Source: an uncultured Gammaproteobacteria bacterium (GTDB lineage: Bacteria; Patescibacteriota; Patescibacteriia; Patescibacteriales; UBA12465). Taken from it: a stretch of 64,000 bases of DNA. The notes beneath the pieces are model-generated. The model was not told the origin of the DNA. It did no database searches and saw nothing but the letters and a program-made list of their open reading frames with translations. The stretch covers positions 5,728-69,727 of the forward strand of contig CAZFBV010000002.1 of assembly GCA_964517325.1 (NCBI GenBank). The letters are read 5' to 3'. Of this stretch, positions 35,800 to 44,481 are shown piece after piece. A program made the translations under genes and the position numbers. Within the stretch, counting starts at the first letter, position 1; the number at the start of each line of letters is the position of its first letter.

Positions 35800-35876
35800 A
35801 TTTTATGGACAAAATAGTGCTTTTTATGCTATTTTTATTATAGGTAGGGGGACAAAAATAATAAAATAATAAACAT

Positions 35877-36248
35877 ATGGAACAAGAAAAAAATAAGTTA
35901 ATCTATTGGACGCCGCGGCTCTTATCGATTATCTTTATACTGTTTTTGGCCATTTTCTCCTTAGATGTTTTCGGCATAGGTTTGGGTTTCTGGGCGACAG
36001 CCATGGCTCTTCTCATGCACAATCTTTCGGCCCTTATCCTGTTAGTCGTCCTTTTGATTTCTTGGAAGCATGAGATAGTCGGAGGAATCGCCTTCATCTT
36101 AGCCGGAGCGGCCTATATCTTGCTGCTGCTGCTAAACGTCGGCCGATTCGAATGGTATATACTGTCCTATTCTCTGATAATTGCCGGCCCCGCCTTTTTG
36201 ATAGGAATCCTGTTTCTTATCGGTTGGCGCAGGAAAAATAATAATTAA
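35877..36248 (+). CDS. Hypothetical 4-TM membrane protein
   Basis: 123 aa with four hydrophobic segments. Confidence 0.5.
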   Translation: MEQEKNKLIYWTPRLLSIIFILFLAIFSLDVFGIGLGFWATAMALLMHNLSALILLVVLLISWKHEIVGGIAFILAGAAYILLLLLNVGRFEWYILSYSLIIAGPAFLIGILFLIGWRRKNNN

Positions 36249-36249
36249 T

Positions 36250-36528
36250 ATGTCTAGACGCATCATCAAGAAAGTTTTGCCTGAATATTTTCAGGATATT
36301 CTCGACGGCAAGAAAAAATATGAACTTCGGCTTAATGATTTCGATATCGAGCCCGGAGACATTTTAGTGCTGGAAGAATATACTTCAGCCGATCCTAAGG
36401 CGAGAAAAGCGACCGGCAGGAAGCTTGAAAAGCAGGTTACTTATCTAAGGAAATTTAAGCTTCAGGATTTATGGTGGAGCGAGGAAGACATTAAAGAGAA
36501 GGGGATACAGATAATTTCTTTTGAATAA
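36250..36528 (+). CDS. DUF3850/ASCH-like small protein
   Basis: ILDGKKKYELRLNDFDIEPGDILVLEE is typical of DUF3850. Starts 1 nt after the upstream stop. Confidence 0.55.
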   Translation: MSRRIIKKVLPEYFQDILDGKKKYELRLNDFDIEPGDILVLEEYTSADPKARKATGRKLEKQVTYLRKFKLQDLWWSEEDIKEKGIQIISFE

Positions 36529-36546
36529 GCTTCGTATTCAATCGGT

Positions 36547-37743
36547 ATGAAAAAAGATTTCAGTTTAAAGATGATCTATTATCTGTCATTGATAGGTTTT
36601 TTTGCGATCTTCTCGACTACTATCTCGAAAAGCCCCGTGCTGCCGCTATATGTGAATGCTTTAGGCGGAAGCGATCTGATCATTGGTTTGATTTCCGCCT
36701 TTTCTCCTCTGGCGGGAATATTGTTCAGTTTTCCGATCGGGTTATTATCGGATAAGATCGGGAGAAAGAAATTACTGCTGGTTTCCGGAATAATCTTTTT
36801 AATCTCTCCTTTGCTGTATCTTTTGGTCAGTTCTCCGATCTGGCTCATTCCGATAAGATTTTTCCATGGGATCGCTACGGCGATTTTAGGGCCGATCGCC
36901 TCGGCGATGATTGTTAAAGCCTATTCGACGTCAAAGGGGGAGAAGCTCGGATATTATTCATCGGCTACGCTTGTCGGCCGAGCCTTAGCCCCGATGCTGG
37001 GCGGCTTCATGATCTCTTATTTCGTCAATACGGGATTTCCTTTGATCCAATATAAATTTGTCTATGCAGCCGCTTTTATCCTGGCGATTCCTGTATTCGC
37101 CTTGATATTGATGCTGCAAGATGAAGGGAAAGACGGCTTAAGTGTCAATATCCAGGATTTTTTTGCGGATCTGAAATATTTTTTCGCGAATAAACGATTG
37201 TCCTCTACGGCTTTGATCGAGATGGCCACCTATTTCGCTTATGGTGCTTTTGAGACTTATCTGCCTTTGTATCTGACTCAATTAGATATTCCCGCCCGGC
37301 AGATCGGCCTCATTTTTTCCATGCAGATCCTGGCTATCGCCCTATCAAAGCCGTTTTTTGGCAAATTAGCCGATAGAGTCGATAAAAGGAAGTTGATATT
37401 GATAGGAGTCTTGGCTCTCGGCTTAGCTATAGGACTCTTGGGTTATTTCCAGACGGTTAGCGCCGCCATCGTACTGGGATTGCTTTTCGGTTTAGGTTTG
37501 TCTTTTTCGACGGTCACTACTAGCTCTTACGTCGCGGAAGTGACCAGACAGGATAAGTTAGGATCTTCTCTCGGGGAGCTGTCGTCTATTATGGACATCG
37601 GCCAGACGATCGGTCCCTTCGTTACCGGGGTGGCGATAACTTATTTTTCCTTCAAGATCGGCTTCTTGCTGTCGTTGGCGCTCGCTGTTATTACCGGATT
37701 GGTGTTCTATATCTATAATTGGAAAAAAAATGATAATATTTAA
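36547..37743 (+). CDS. MFS transporter
   Basis: 398 aa with 12 TM segments. Loop 2-3 motif is GLLSDKIGRKKLL. Confidence 0.85.
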   Translation: MKKDFSLKMIYYLSLIGFFAIFSTTISKSPVLPLYVNALGGSDLIIGLISAFSPLAGILFSFPIGLLSDKIGRKKLLLVSGIIFLISPLLYLLVSSPIWLIPIRFFHGIATAILGPIASAMIVKAYSTSKGEKLGYYSSATLVGRALAPMLGGFMISYFVNTGFPLIQYKFVYAAAFILAIPVFALILMLQDEGKDGLSVNIQDFFADLKYFFANKRLSSTALIEMATYFAYGAFETYLPLYLTQLDIPARQIGLIFSMQILAIALSKPFFGKLADRVDKRKLILIGVLALGLAIGLLGYFQTVSAAIVLGLLFGLGLSFSTVTTSSYVAEVTRQDKLGSSLGELSSIMDIGQTIGPFVTGVAITYFSFKIGFLLSLALAVITGLVFYIYNWKKNDNI

Positions 37744-37745
37744 TT

Positions 37746-38108
37746 ATGTCTATACTCTTAAAGAATCTTTTTAAATTTTTCAGCTCGATTCTGAGGGGCA
37801 TGAAGGACGCTAAGTTCCGCAGCCTCTTGTTTTTCGTGCTGGTTATCCTCCTTATCGGCACTTTTTTCTATCATAAGGTAGAGGGCTGGCGCTGGCTGGA
37901 TTCTTTCTATTTCAGTTCCATATCTTTGACGACCGTCGGCTACGGTGATATCACTCCTAAGACGGATATCGGAAAAATATTCACGATTTTCTATATATTC
38001 TCGGGCGTCGGAGTGATTCTCGGTTTCATAACTTCGGTAGCCAATAAAGCCCATGAGAAGAGCTTGGCCGAGAATCTGATTGAAAAAAAGCGTCAAGAAA
38101 GAAATTGA
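37746..38108 (+). CDS. Minimal 2-TM potassium channel (KcsA-like pore only)
   Basis: Selectivity filter TTVGYGD lies between two TM helices. 120 aa. Confidence 0.75.
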   Translation: MSILLKNLFKFFSSILRGMKDAKFRSLLFFVLVILLIGTFFYHKVEGWRWLDSFYFSSISLTTVGYGDITPKTDIGKIFTIFYIFSGVGVILGFITSVANKAHEKSLAENLIEKKRQERN

Positions 38109-38117
38109 AGATCATAT

Positions 38118-38981
38118 ATGCGGAAATCATATTATCTATTTTTTTTAATATTCATTGTTTTGGCTATTACCGCCGGTCTGCTATTGAGCAGGCGCACATC
38201 CATGAAAAAAGAAGCGCCAGTAGCCGAACCGAAAATGACTGGCGATATTGATAATGTTTCCAAATCAGATTTTATAAGAGTGGACAATCTTGTTTCCGGC
38301 CAAGCTATCCAGAGCCCTCTGATTATCAACGGGGAAGCGCGCGGCAATTGGTTTTTTGAGGCTAGTTTCCCGATCAAGCTTTATGACGGGAGCGGCCGCT
38401 TGATCGCGACGGCCATAGCTCAGGCGCAAAAAGATTGGATGACGGCTGATTTTGTGCCTTTCAAGGCTGAACTGAAGTTCGATAGCGCTACCAGTACGGA
38501 CGGCACCATAGTTTTAGAGAAAGATAACCCTTCCGGCTTGCCTGAGAATTCCGATCAATTGAGTTTGCCAGTGAAGTTTTTGCCGGTCCCTGAGAAGATG
38601 AAGATAAAAGTCTTCTTCAACAACGATAAATTTGATCCGGAAATCTCCTGTAATAAAGTTTTTCCGTCAGAACGGGAAATAACTAAGACGCCAGCCGTTG
38701 CTCGCACCGCCTTGGAAGAATTGTTGGCAGGGATCAACCCGGATGAAAAAGAGGCTGGTTTCAGCACTAGTATCAATCCCGGCGTCAAAATAAAGAGTTT
38801 GACGATTGAAAATGGAGTGGCTAAGGTTGATTTTAACGAGCAGTTGGAAGCGCAAGTCGGCGGTTCGTGTCGAGTAACGGCTATCAGGGCGCAAATCGCT
38901 GAAACTTTAAAACAATTTTCGAGTGTGGAAAGCGTAGTGATTTCGATAAACGGCCGCAGTGAAGACATCCTGCAGCCTTAG
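38118..38981 (+). CDS. Secreted/anchored Gmad2 Ig-like plus GerMN domain protein
   Basis: N-terminal TM, then GEARGNWFFEASFPIKLYD (Gmad2-like), then a C-terminal GerMN-like block ALEELLAG...VKIKSLTIENGVAKVDFN. Confidence 0.55.
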   Translation: MRKSYYLFFLIFIVLAITAGLLLSRRTSMKKEAPVAEPKMTGDIDNVSKSDFIRVDNLVSGQAIQSPLIINGEARGNWFFEASFPIKLYDGSGRLIATAIAQAQKDWMTADFVPFKAELKFDSATSTDGTIVLEKDNPSGLPENSDQLSLPVKFLPVPEKMKIKVFFNNDKFDPEISCNKVFPSEREITKTPAVARTALEELLAGINPDEKEAGFSTSINPGVKIKSLTIENGVAKVDFNEQLEAQVGGSCRVTAIRAQIAETLKQFSSVESVVISINGRSEDILQP

Positions 38982-38992
38982 TCATAAAATAT

Positions 38993-39021
38993 TTGAGGAT
39001 ATCGCCGGATTATGTTAAAAT
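38993..39021 (+). promoter_or_regulatory. Putative promoter
   Basis: TTGAGG-N17-TAAAAT. Confidence 0.35.
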
Positions 39022-39090
39022 ATAGGAGCTAATTCACTAAGATAATTCCCGCTTTTCATATTTAATGGAAAGACGCGAATTCAACTATCT

Positions 39091-39264
39091 ATGGAAAAGC
39101 CGCTTGAAGATTTTGTTTCACATGATAGAAAGTCTTTTGAATGGAAATTGGGCAAGATTTTAGCTTCATCCTTATCCGGGTTCATTGCCGGGATAATCGT
39201 GGCTTCAATCTTTTTTTTAACACTGTTCGATCTGACCTTCAAAGGCAATAATCTTGGTTTCTAA
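39091..39264 (+). CDS. Possible small membrane protein (57 aa), absent from the ORF track
   Basis: ATG..TAA ORF MEKPLEDFVSHDRKSFEWKLGKILASSLSGFIAGIIVASIFFLTLFDL... with one clear TM. It sits in an otherwise unexplained 293-nt gap. Confidence 0.3.
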   Translation: MEKPLEDFVSHDRKSFEWKLGKILASSLSGFIAGIIVASIFFLTLFDLTFKGNNLGF

Positions 39265-39274
39265 ATAAAAAAAT

Positions 39275-40111
39275 ATGAAGAAAATATTAAAAGTGGTCAT
39301 TAGCCTTATTTTAGTTGTTTTATTTGTGATTGCTTTGATAGCGATAGCCGGGATGTATAAGTTTAATTCTGCTAAGGATATCCAAGCGCAACCCGAAGTA
39401 AAATCTGGCCCGAAGGATGTTACTTATATGATTGACGGACAGCCAGTCACCTTGAAAAGCGGCGCTGTTTACTTTGGCAATGATGCGACCGGAGATTTGA
39501 ATGGAGACGGCAAAGATGACACTGCTTTTATTCTCACCCATGAAACCGGTGGCAGCGGCACTTTCTATTATATCGCTGTTGCTTTGGCGGGTAATAACGG
39601 CTATCAGGGCTTGAACGCTTTGCTTTTGGGCGACAGGATCGCTCCGCAGACGACGGAGATAAAAGACGGTAAAGTCATAGTCAATTACGCGGACAGGAAA
39701 GCGGACGAGCCGATGACTGCCGTTCCTTCGGTCGGCGTTTCCAAATACTTCCAAGTCTCAAATAACCAGCTGGCGGAAGTAGCGGCACCGGCGTCGGTAC
39801 AGATGGCCAATCCGGCTTCGACTAATTGCTTGAAGCAGGGAGGTAAGATTGAAATTCAGACGCGCGGCGACGGCGGACAATACGGCCTATGTTATTTTGA
39901 AGATAACCGAGCTTGCGAAGAATGGGCGCTTATGCGCGGCGATTGTCCTCTGGGCGGAAGAAAAACGACCGGCTTTGATACGATCGATCAGAAATATTGC
40001 GCCTGGCTCGGCGGTGATACCTATGCTGTGCCTGATTCGATCTGCACTTTCAAGGACGGATCAAAATGTCCGACTATAGATTTCTATAATGGCAAATGCC
40101 CTTCCGTTTAA
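39275..40111 (+). CDS. Secreted protein with an FG-GAP-like Ca-binding motif and a C-terminal DUF333 domain
   Basis: N-terminal TM/signal, DLNGDGKDDTAF, and DUF333-like NPASTNCLKQGG...GLCYFEDNRACEEWALMRGDCP. Confidence 0.6.
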   Translation: MKKILKVVISLILVVLFVIALIAIAGMYKFNSAKDIQAQPEVKSGPKDVTYMIDGQPVTLKSGAVYFGNDATGDLNGDGKDDTAFILTHETGGSGTFYYIAVALAGNNGYQGLNALLLGDRIAPQTTEIKDGKVIVNYADRKADEPMTAVPSVGVSKYFQVSNNQLAEVAAPASVQMANPASTNCLKQGGKIEIQTRGDGGQYGLCYFEDNRACEEWALMRGDCPLGGRKTTGFDTIDQKYCAWLGGDTYAVPDSICTFKDGSKCPTIDFYNGKCPSV

Positions 40112-40538
40112 AGCTATGATAGACCAAAAAGATAATGGAAAAACGTGGCACGAAAAACACGTCGTCAGCTCTACCTGGGGGCAGAGAGTAGCTGACAGCA
40201 CGGCTAACCTGATGGGTTCTTGGAAATTCATCATCGGTCAGACTATCTTCGTCGTCCTGTGGATGTCGCTTAATGCTGCCGCCTATTTGAATCATTGGGA
40301 CGCTTATCCGTTCATTCTGCTTAATCTGATTTTCTCCACCCAGGCCGCTTATGCCGCGCCGATTATCATGATGGCGCAGAATCGCCAGAATGATCGCGAC
40401 CGCTATCAAGCGAAAGAAGATTATTATACCAATGTCCAAGCTAAGAAAGAAATAGAAGAATTGCAGAAGGCGCTGGCTCGGATCGAGAATGATAAGCTGG
40501 ATAAGATAATCAAGATATTAGATCAAGCCTCTAGGTAA
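40089..40538 (+). CDS. DUF1003 family membrane protein
   Basis: WKFIIGQTIFVVLWMSLN...LNLIFSTQAAYAAPIIMMAQNRQ. The alternative in-frame ATG at 40116 would remove the 23-nt overlap. Confidence 0.7.
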   Translation: MANALPFKAMIDQKDNGKTWHEKHVVSSTWGQRVADSTANLMGSWKFIIGQTIFVVLWMSLNAAAYLNHWDAYPFILLNLIFSTQAAYAAPIIMMAQNRQNDRDRYQAKEDYYTNVQAKKEIEELQKALARIENDKLDKIIKILDQASR

Positions 40539-40568
40539 AAGCGATCAGCTTGAATCGTCTTCATATAT

Positions 40569-40598
40569 AAAAACCCTCTGTTTATCCAGAGGGTTTTA
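40569..40598. terminator. Bidirectional terminator overlapping the last codons of plsC
   Basis: AAAACCCTCTG-tttatc-CAGAGGGTTTT lies between convergent genes. Confidence 0.55.
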
Positions 40599-41403
40599 AG
40601 TTTTCTACCGCTTGCTTGATGAGTTTCCGGAGTCTGAGGCTCCGATTGATAGCGTCTTCCCAATTATATTCCGGCAATAAGAATCCGCTGATATCCAGCG
40701 GCCGGCCGATAATCATCCGGCCGCGATGTCCGCCCATATCGATGTGCAAGTTTATCCTTGATCCATACTTGATGGGCATGATCGGCTGGATGCCTTCCAG
40801 AAGAATAGGGATTACCTGATCAGGCTTGGCCTTGATGATGGTCAAAGCCGGTCCGACGCGGCATTCGCCGATGCTTCCGTCTCTCGTTCGTGTGCCTTCG
40901 AAGAACATGACCAGATTATCGTTCCTCAATAAATGGCTGAATTGACCGATCTGATTCTCTATTTTCCGGCGGTGGCTGCTGCCTCGAGATACTGGAACGG
41001 TCTTAAGGGCTTTGAATAGTATCCGTAAGAAACCGTTGAAATAGAAATTGCTGGTTTCGGGTACATTGAAAGCTAAGCGCCGTTGATGGAAAATTATATC
41101 CCTGAATCTCATCGTCCCTAAGGCGATCAGGAATGAATCGATCAAAGTCTGATGGTTAGACAGGAATAAGACCCTGCCTGTCTTAGGCACGTTTTCGCGC
41201 CCGATGATCTCTATCCTATTGCCGACCCGGAATATCAGGCAGGCAATGGAATAGATGATGATTCTCAGGAGATAGATTGCCAGGCTGTCTAGGCGTTTCG
41301 GAGTCATGAATATCAGGAAGACGATAGTGATGATGACTGGCGAAAGGAGCAGCAGGATCAGATAAATCAAGCAGTAGACCGAAAAATCAAGGAACTTTTT
41401 CAT
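40582..41403 (-). CDS. plsC: 1-acyl-sn-glycerol-3-phosphate acyltransferase-like protein
   Basis: HX4D motif NHQTLIDS and FEGTRTRDG. N-terminal TM segments. Confidence 0.8.
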   Translation of the reverse strand: MKKFLDFSVYCLIYLILLLLSPVIITIVFLIFMTPKRLDSLAIYLLRIIIYSIACLIFRVGNRIEIIGRENVPKTGRVLFLSNHQTLIDSFLIALGTMRFRDIIFHQRRLAFNVPETSNFYFNGFLRILFKALKTVPVSRGSSHRRKIENQIGQFSHLLRNDNLVMFFEGTRTRDGSIGECRVGPALTIIKAKPDQVIPILLEGIQPIMPIKYGSRINLHIDMGGHRGRMIIGRPLDISGFLLPEYNWEDAINRSLRLRKLIKQAVENLKPSG

Positions 41404-41459
41404 GGTCTGATTTTTAAATTACTATCTCAATCTTATCACAGATCTATTAAAAATCCGAC

Positions 41460-42212
41460 CTAGTTTCCCAGGTCGGATATTTTGACGAATTTTACCCCTT
41501 TGGCTTTGAGGGCAGGAATGATAGCTTTAAGGGCTTCGGCCGTCTTCGGAGCATAGCGTCCGCCTGACAGATGGAAAACGATGATCGAGCCGTCTTTGGC
41601 GTTATTTAGGACATTCTTGACGATGCCGGCGCTATTAGGATTAAAGGCATCGCCGCTAGCTAAATCCCAGCCGATCACGGTCAGGCCGATTTTCTTGGCT
41701 ATCTCCAGGTCGGCTTGGCCGTGGCAGCCGCCGGGGAAGCGGAAGAATCTAGGAGTCGAGCCGGTTAATTCGGTTAAAATCGCTTGCGCCTTCTCAATAT
41801 CTCCGGCTTTATCCTTATTTTTTATCGTTCCCAGGCCATAGCAGCCGGAAGTGAAGCCGCGATGGTCATAGGAATGATTGCCGATCTCGAACAGGGAATC
41901 AGAGGCGATGTCCTTGACTGCTTCCGGATAAGCTTGAGCCCAGAGGCCGGTAATGAAGAAAGTAGCCGGCGCTTTTTCTTGGCACAGGATTTCGATGATT
42001 TCTTTATTATATAAACTTTTCTCTTGGCCAGATTTCAAGCGCGCTAACATCCCGTCAGTCATATCGGCATCGAAAGTCAGGGCGATCTTCACGGTTTTGG
42101 CCGGCAAAGAATCCTGAATCTGCAAATGCGGTTCTGTTTGAGAAGAAGCGAGGCTAGGGAGCGCTAAAGCGGAAAAGGCAATAATGGAAAGAACTATCTT
42201 TTTCATAATCAT
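41460..42212 (-). CDS. Polysaccharide deacetylase (CE4, NodB homology)
   Basis: Signal peptide, TFDAD, NHSYDH, and RFPGG. Confidence 0.85.
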   Translation of the reverse strand: MIMKKIVLSIIAFSALALPSLASSQTEPHLQIQDSLPAKTVKIALTFDADMTDGMLARLKSGQEKSLYNKEIIEILCQEKAPATFFITGLWAQAYPEAVKDIASDSLFEIGNHSYDHRGFTSGCYGLGTIKNKDKAGDIEKAQAILTELTGSTPRFFRFPGGCHGQADLEIAKKIGLTVIGWDLASGDAFNPNSAGIVKNVLNNAKDGSIIVFHLSGGRYAPKTAEALKAIIPALKAKGVKFVKISDLGN

Positions 42213-42298
42213 TGGTTTTTAATCAAAGGTTATTATGGCTTTATCCAGTATAGTGAAATATTGGGCAGAAAGCAATTTTAGGGTATAATTAAATCATT

Positions 42299-42880
42299 AT
42301 GTTAAAATATCTCGTCTTCATCGGAATGTCGGCGCAGTTCATCGGGATTTTTTATTATGGTCGAGATGTTATCAGAGGAAAAGTGAAACCTAATAAGGTC
42401 TCCTGGCTGATGTGGTCGATCGCTCCTCTTATCGCTACGGCTGCCGGCTTAACGAGCGGCGCCAGATTGTCGATCATTCCGGTTTTCATGTCGGGTTTTG
42501 GCCCGTTATTGATATTAATTCTGTCTTTATTTGTTGAGAAATCGTATTGGAAATTAGAGCCATTTGATTATCTGTGCGGAGTTTTTTCATTATTAGCTTT
42601 AGTCCTCTGGGAAATAACTGATCAACCCTGGGTGGCGATCATTTTTGCAATTCTGAGCGATCTATTCGCGGCTATTCCGACTTTGATAAAATGCTGGAAA
42701 CATCCAGAAACAGAAAATCCGGTCGCCTATTCAACCGGTTTATTCAGCGCTCTCACCAGCTTCGGGGCCATAAGAATATGGGGGTTTGCGGAATTGGCCT
42801 TTCCAATTTATTTGATTTTTATTAATTCTTCATTAATTTTTGCTATTATAAGGAAAAAAATATCACGAATTGTGGCTTAA
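42299..42880 (+). CDS. Hypothetical polytopic membrane protein
   Basis: 193 aa with about 6 hydrophobic segments. Confidence 0.5.
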   Translation: MLKYLVFIGMSAQFIGIFYYGRDVIRGKVKPNKVSWLMWSIAPLIATAAGLTSGARLSIIPVFMSGFGPLLILILSLFVEKSYWKLEPFDYLCGVFSLLALVLWEITDQPWVAIIFAILSDLFAAIPTLIKCWKHPETENPVAYSTGLFSALTSFGAIRIWGFAELAFPIYLIFINSSLIFAIIRKKISRIVA

Positions 42881-42890
42881 GGCTTTAATA

Positions 42891-42919
42891 TTGACAAAAT
42901 ATTAAAATAATGATATAGT
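42891..42919 (+). promoter_or_regulatory. Near-consensus promoter
   Basis: TTGACA-N17-TATAGT. Confidence 0.5.
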
Positions 42920-42976
42920 ATTATTTCAGTAAATCGAACTTTCAAAATAACATAAATCATCCTAAATTCTCAGATT

Positions 42977-43357
42977 ATGGTTGAATTTCAAGAAATCTTA
43001 GAAAGCGGAAATCATTCCGGGCGGATAGGATCGGCATCGATCATCCCCAGTAAGAATAAGATCATCCTTAACCGCGAACATGTCGCTGGTGCGGCTATAA
43101 TAGAAAGGCCTTTCAGCGATTTTTTCGATGAAGGCGGGTTATTCGATGAAGACGAGCTATTCTATATCAGTTCGGAGTATGAAGCTGCCAGATATCTGGA
43201 TAAAGAAATCAAGAAGCGCCGTCGTCCGGATAAATTCGGCCAGCCAGCGGGAAGTCCTCGCAATGATTATTCCCATGATAATCTTAAGACTATGCCACGG
43301 AACAAATTAAAGAGGATGACACGCGGACTTATCCGCGATTTCTACGGAAAAAATTAA
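42977..43357 (+). CDS. Hypothetical protein (acidic centre, basic C-terminus)
   Basis: 126-aa ORF behind a strong promoter and before a terminator. I recognise no motif. Confidence 0.5.
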   Translation: MVEFQEILESGNHSGRIGSASIIPSKNKIILNREHVAGAAIIERPFSDFFDEGGLFDEDELFYISSEYEAARYLDKEIKKRRRPDKFGQPAGSPRNDYSHDNLKTMPRNKLKRMTRGLIRDFYGKN

Positions 43358-43382
43358 TCAATGATGGCTCTAGCCATCTGAA

Positions 43383-43412
43383 AAGACAGGCATAAAACCC
43401 CTGTCTTTTTTC
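43383..43412 (+). terminator. Intrinsic terminator
   Basis: AGACAGG-cataaaacc-CCTGTCT-T6. Confidence 0.65.
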
Positions 43413-43450
43413 TTAGGCTTTATTCGGCCAAAGATGGTATAATAAAAAAT

Positions 43451-43711
43451 ATGAGCAAATATTTTCTCTATATTCTCAGATGCGCCGACAAGACTCTTTA
43501 TACTGGGATAACCACGGATCTTGACCGCCGGGTAAGCGAGCATAATTCGACTAGCCGCGGAGCGAAATATACTTGCGGCCGCCGACCGGTTAAGCTAGTA
43601 TATTCTCAAGCGTTTGCCGATAGATCTATGGCTTCCCGGGAAGAGGCGCGGCTTAAGAAATTATCTCGTCTCGAAAAATTAACCATAATAAGATTAAGAA
43701 AAAAGATATGA
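43451..43711 (+). CDS. GIY-YIG nuclease superfamily small protein (UPF0213-like)
   Basis: YFLYILRCADKTLYTGITTDLDRRVSEHN. Confidence 0.8.
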   Translation: MSKYFLYILRCADKTLYTGITTDLDRRVSEHNSTSRGAKYTCGRRPVKLVYSQAFADRSMASREEARLKKLSRLEKLTIIRLRKKI

Positions 43712-44481
43712 TGGAAAATTATCAGCAGATCAAGAGTTCTGAAAATAGTCAGATAAAATTACTGGAAAAGCTGCAGGCGAAGAAATATCGCCAGGAATTT
43801 CAGCGTTTCGCGGTCGAGAATCTGGCGATCATCAGCGATGCGATGGAAGCCGGTTACGATTTTGAAGCCCTATTCGTGACCGAGGAATTTGCCGCCAAGC
43901 ATCAAGACAAGCTGGAGCGCCTCCGGAATAATTCCCAATCCCCAGACTTTTTTATGATCAGTCCTAAACTGAATAAGCAGTATTCCAGCTTGGACACGCC
44001 GTCCGGTATTACCGCTGTTTATAAGATAAGGGGAAGGGAATTAGACGAATCATCGGTTGTCTATCTGAATAGCATTAGCGATCCAGGAAATTTGGGAACG
44101 ATTATGCGCAGCGCTCTGGCTTTTGGTTTTGTTAATCTGGTTCTAGATGAGAACTGTGTCGATATCTATAATCCGAAAGTCATCTCGGCCGCTAAAGATG
44201 CGATTTTTAAGCTTAATATCATCGAGGATAAGGCCGGAGAATGGCTGAGAAGCGTTAAATTGCCTATTTATGCGACTAGTTCTCATAAAGGCGTTAATCT
44301 AGCCGAATTCAAGCCAGCTAAGGCTTTCTGCCTGGTTCTGGGAAGCGAAAGCCATGGGGTTGGCTCGGATATAATGAAGCTGGCTAAGACTAATCTGAAG
44401 ATTGAGATGTCTAAAAATATGGAATCTTTAAATGTAGCGACAGCGGCCGCTATCCTGCTTTATGAACTCAAACGGCAATAA
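43708..44481 (+). CDS. SpoU/TrmH-family RNA 2'-O-methyltransferase
   Basis: SPOUT motifs are DPGNLGTIMRSA, LGSESHGV and LNVATAAAILLYE. ATGA overlap with the upstream gene. Confidence 0.8.
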   Translation: MMENYQQIKSSENSQIKLLEKLQAKKYRQEFQRFAVENLAIISDAMEAGYDFEALFVTEEFAAKHQDKLERLRNNSQSPDFFMISPKLNKQYSSLDTPSGITAVYKIRGRELDESSVVYLNSISDPGNLGTIMRSALAFGFVNLVLDENCVDIYNPKVISAAKDAIFKLNIIEDKAGEWLRSVKLPIYATSSHKGVNLAEFKPAKAFCLVLGSESHGVGSDIMKLAKTNLKIEMSKNMESLNVATAAAILLYELKRQ

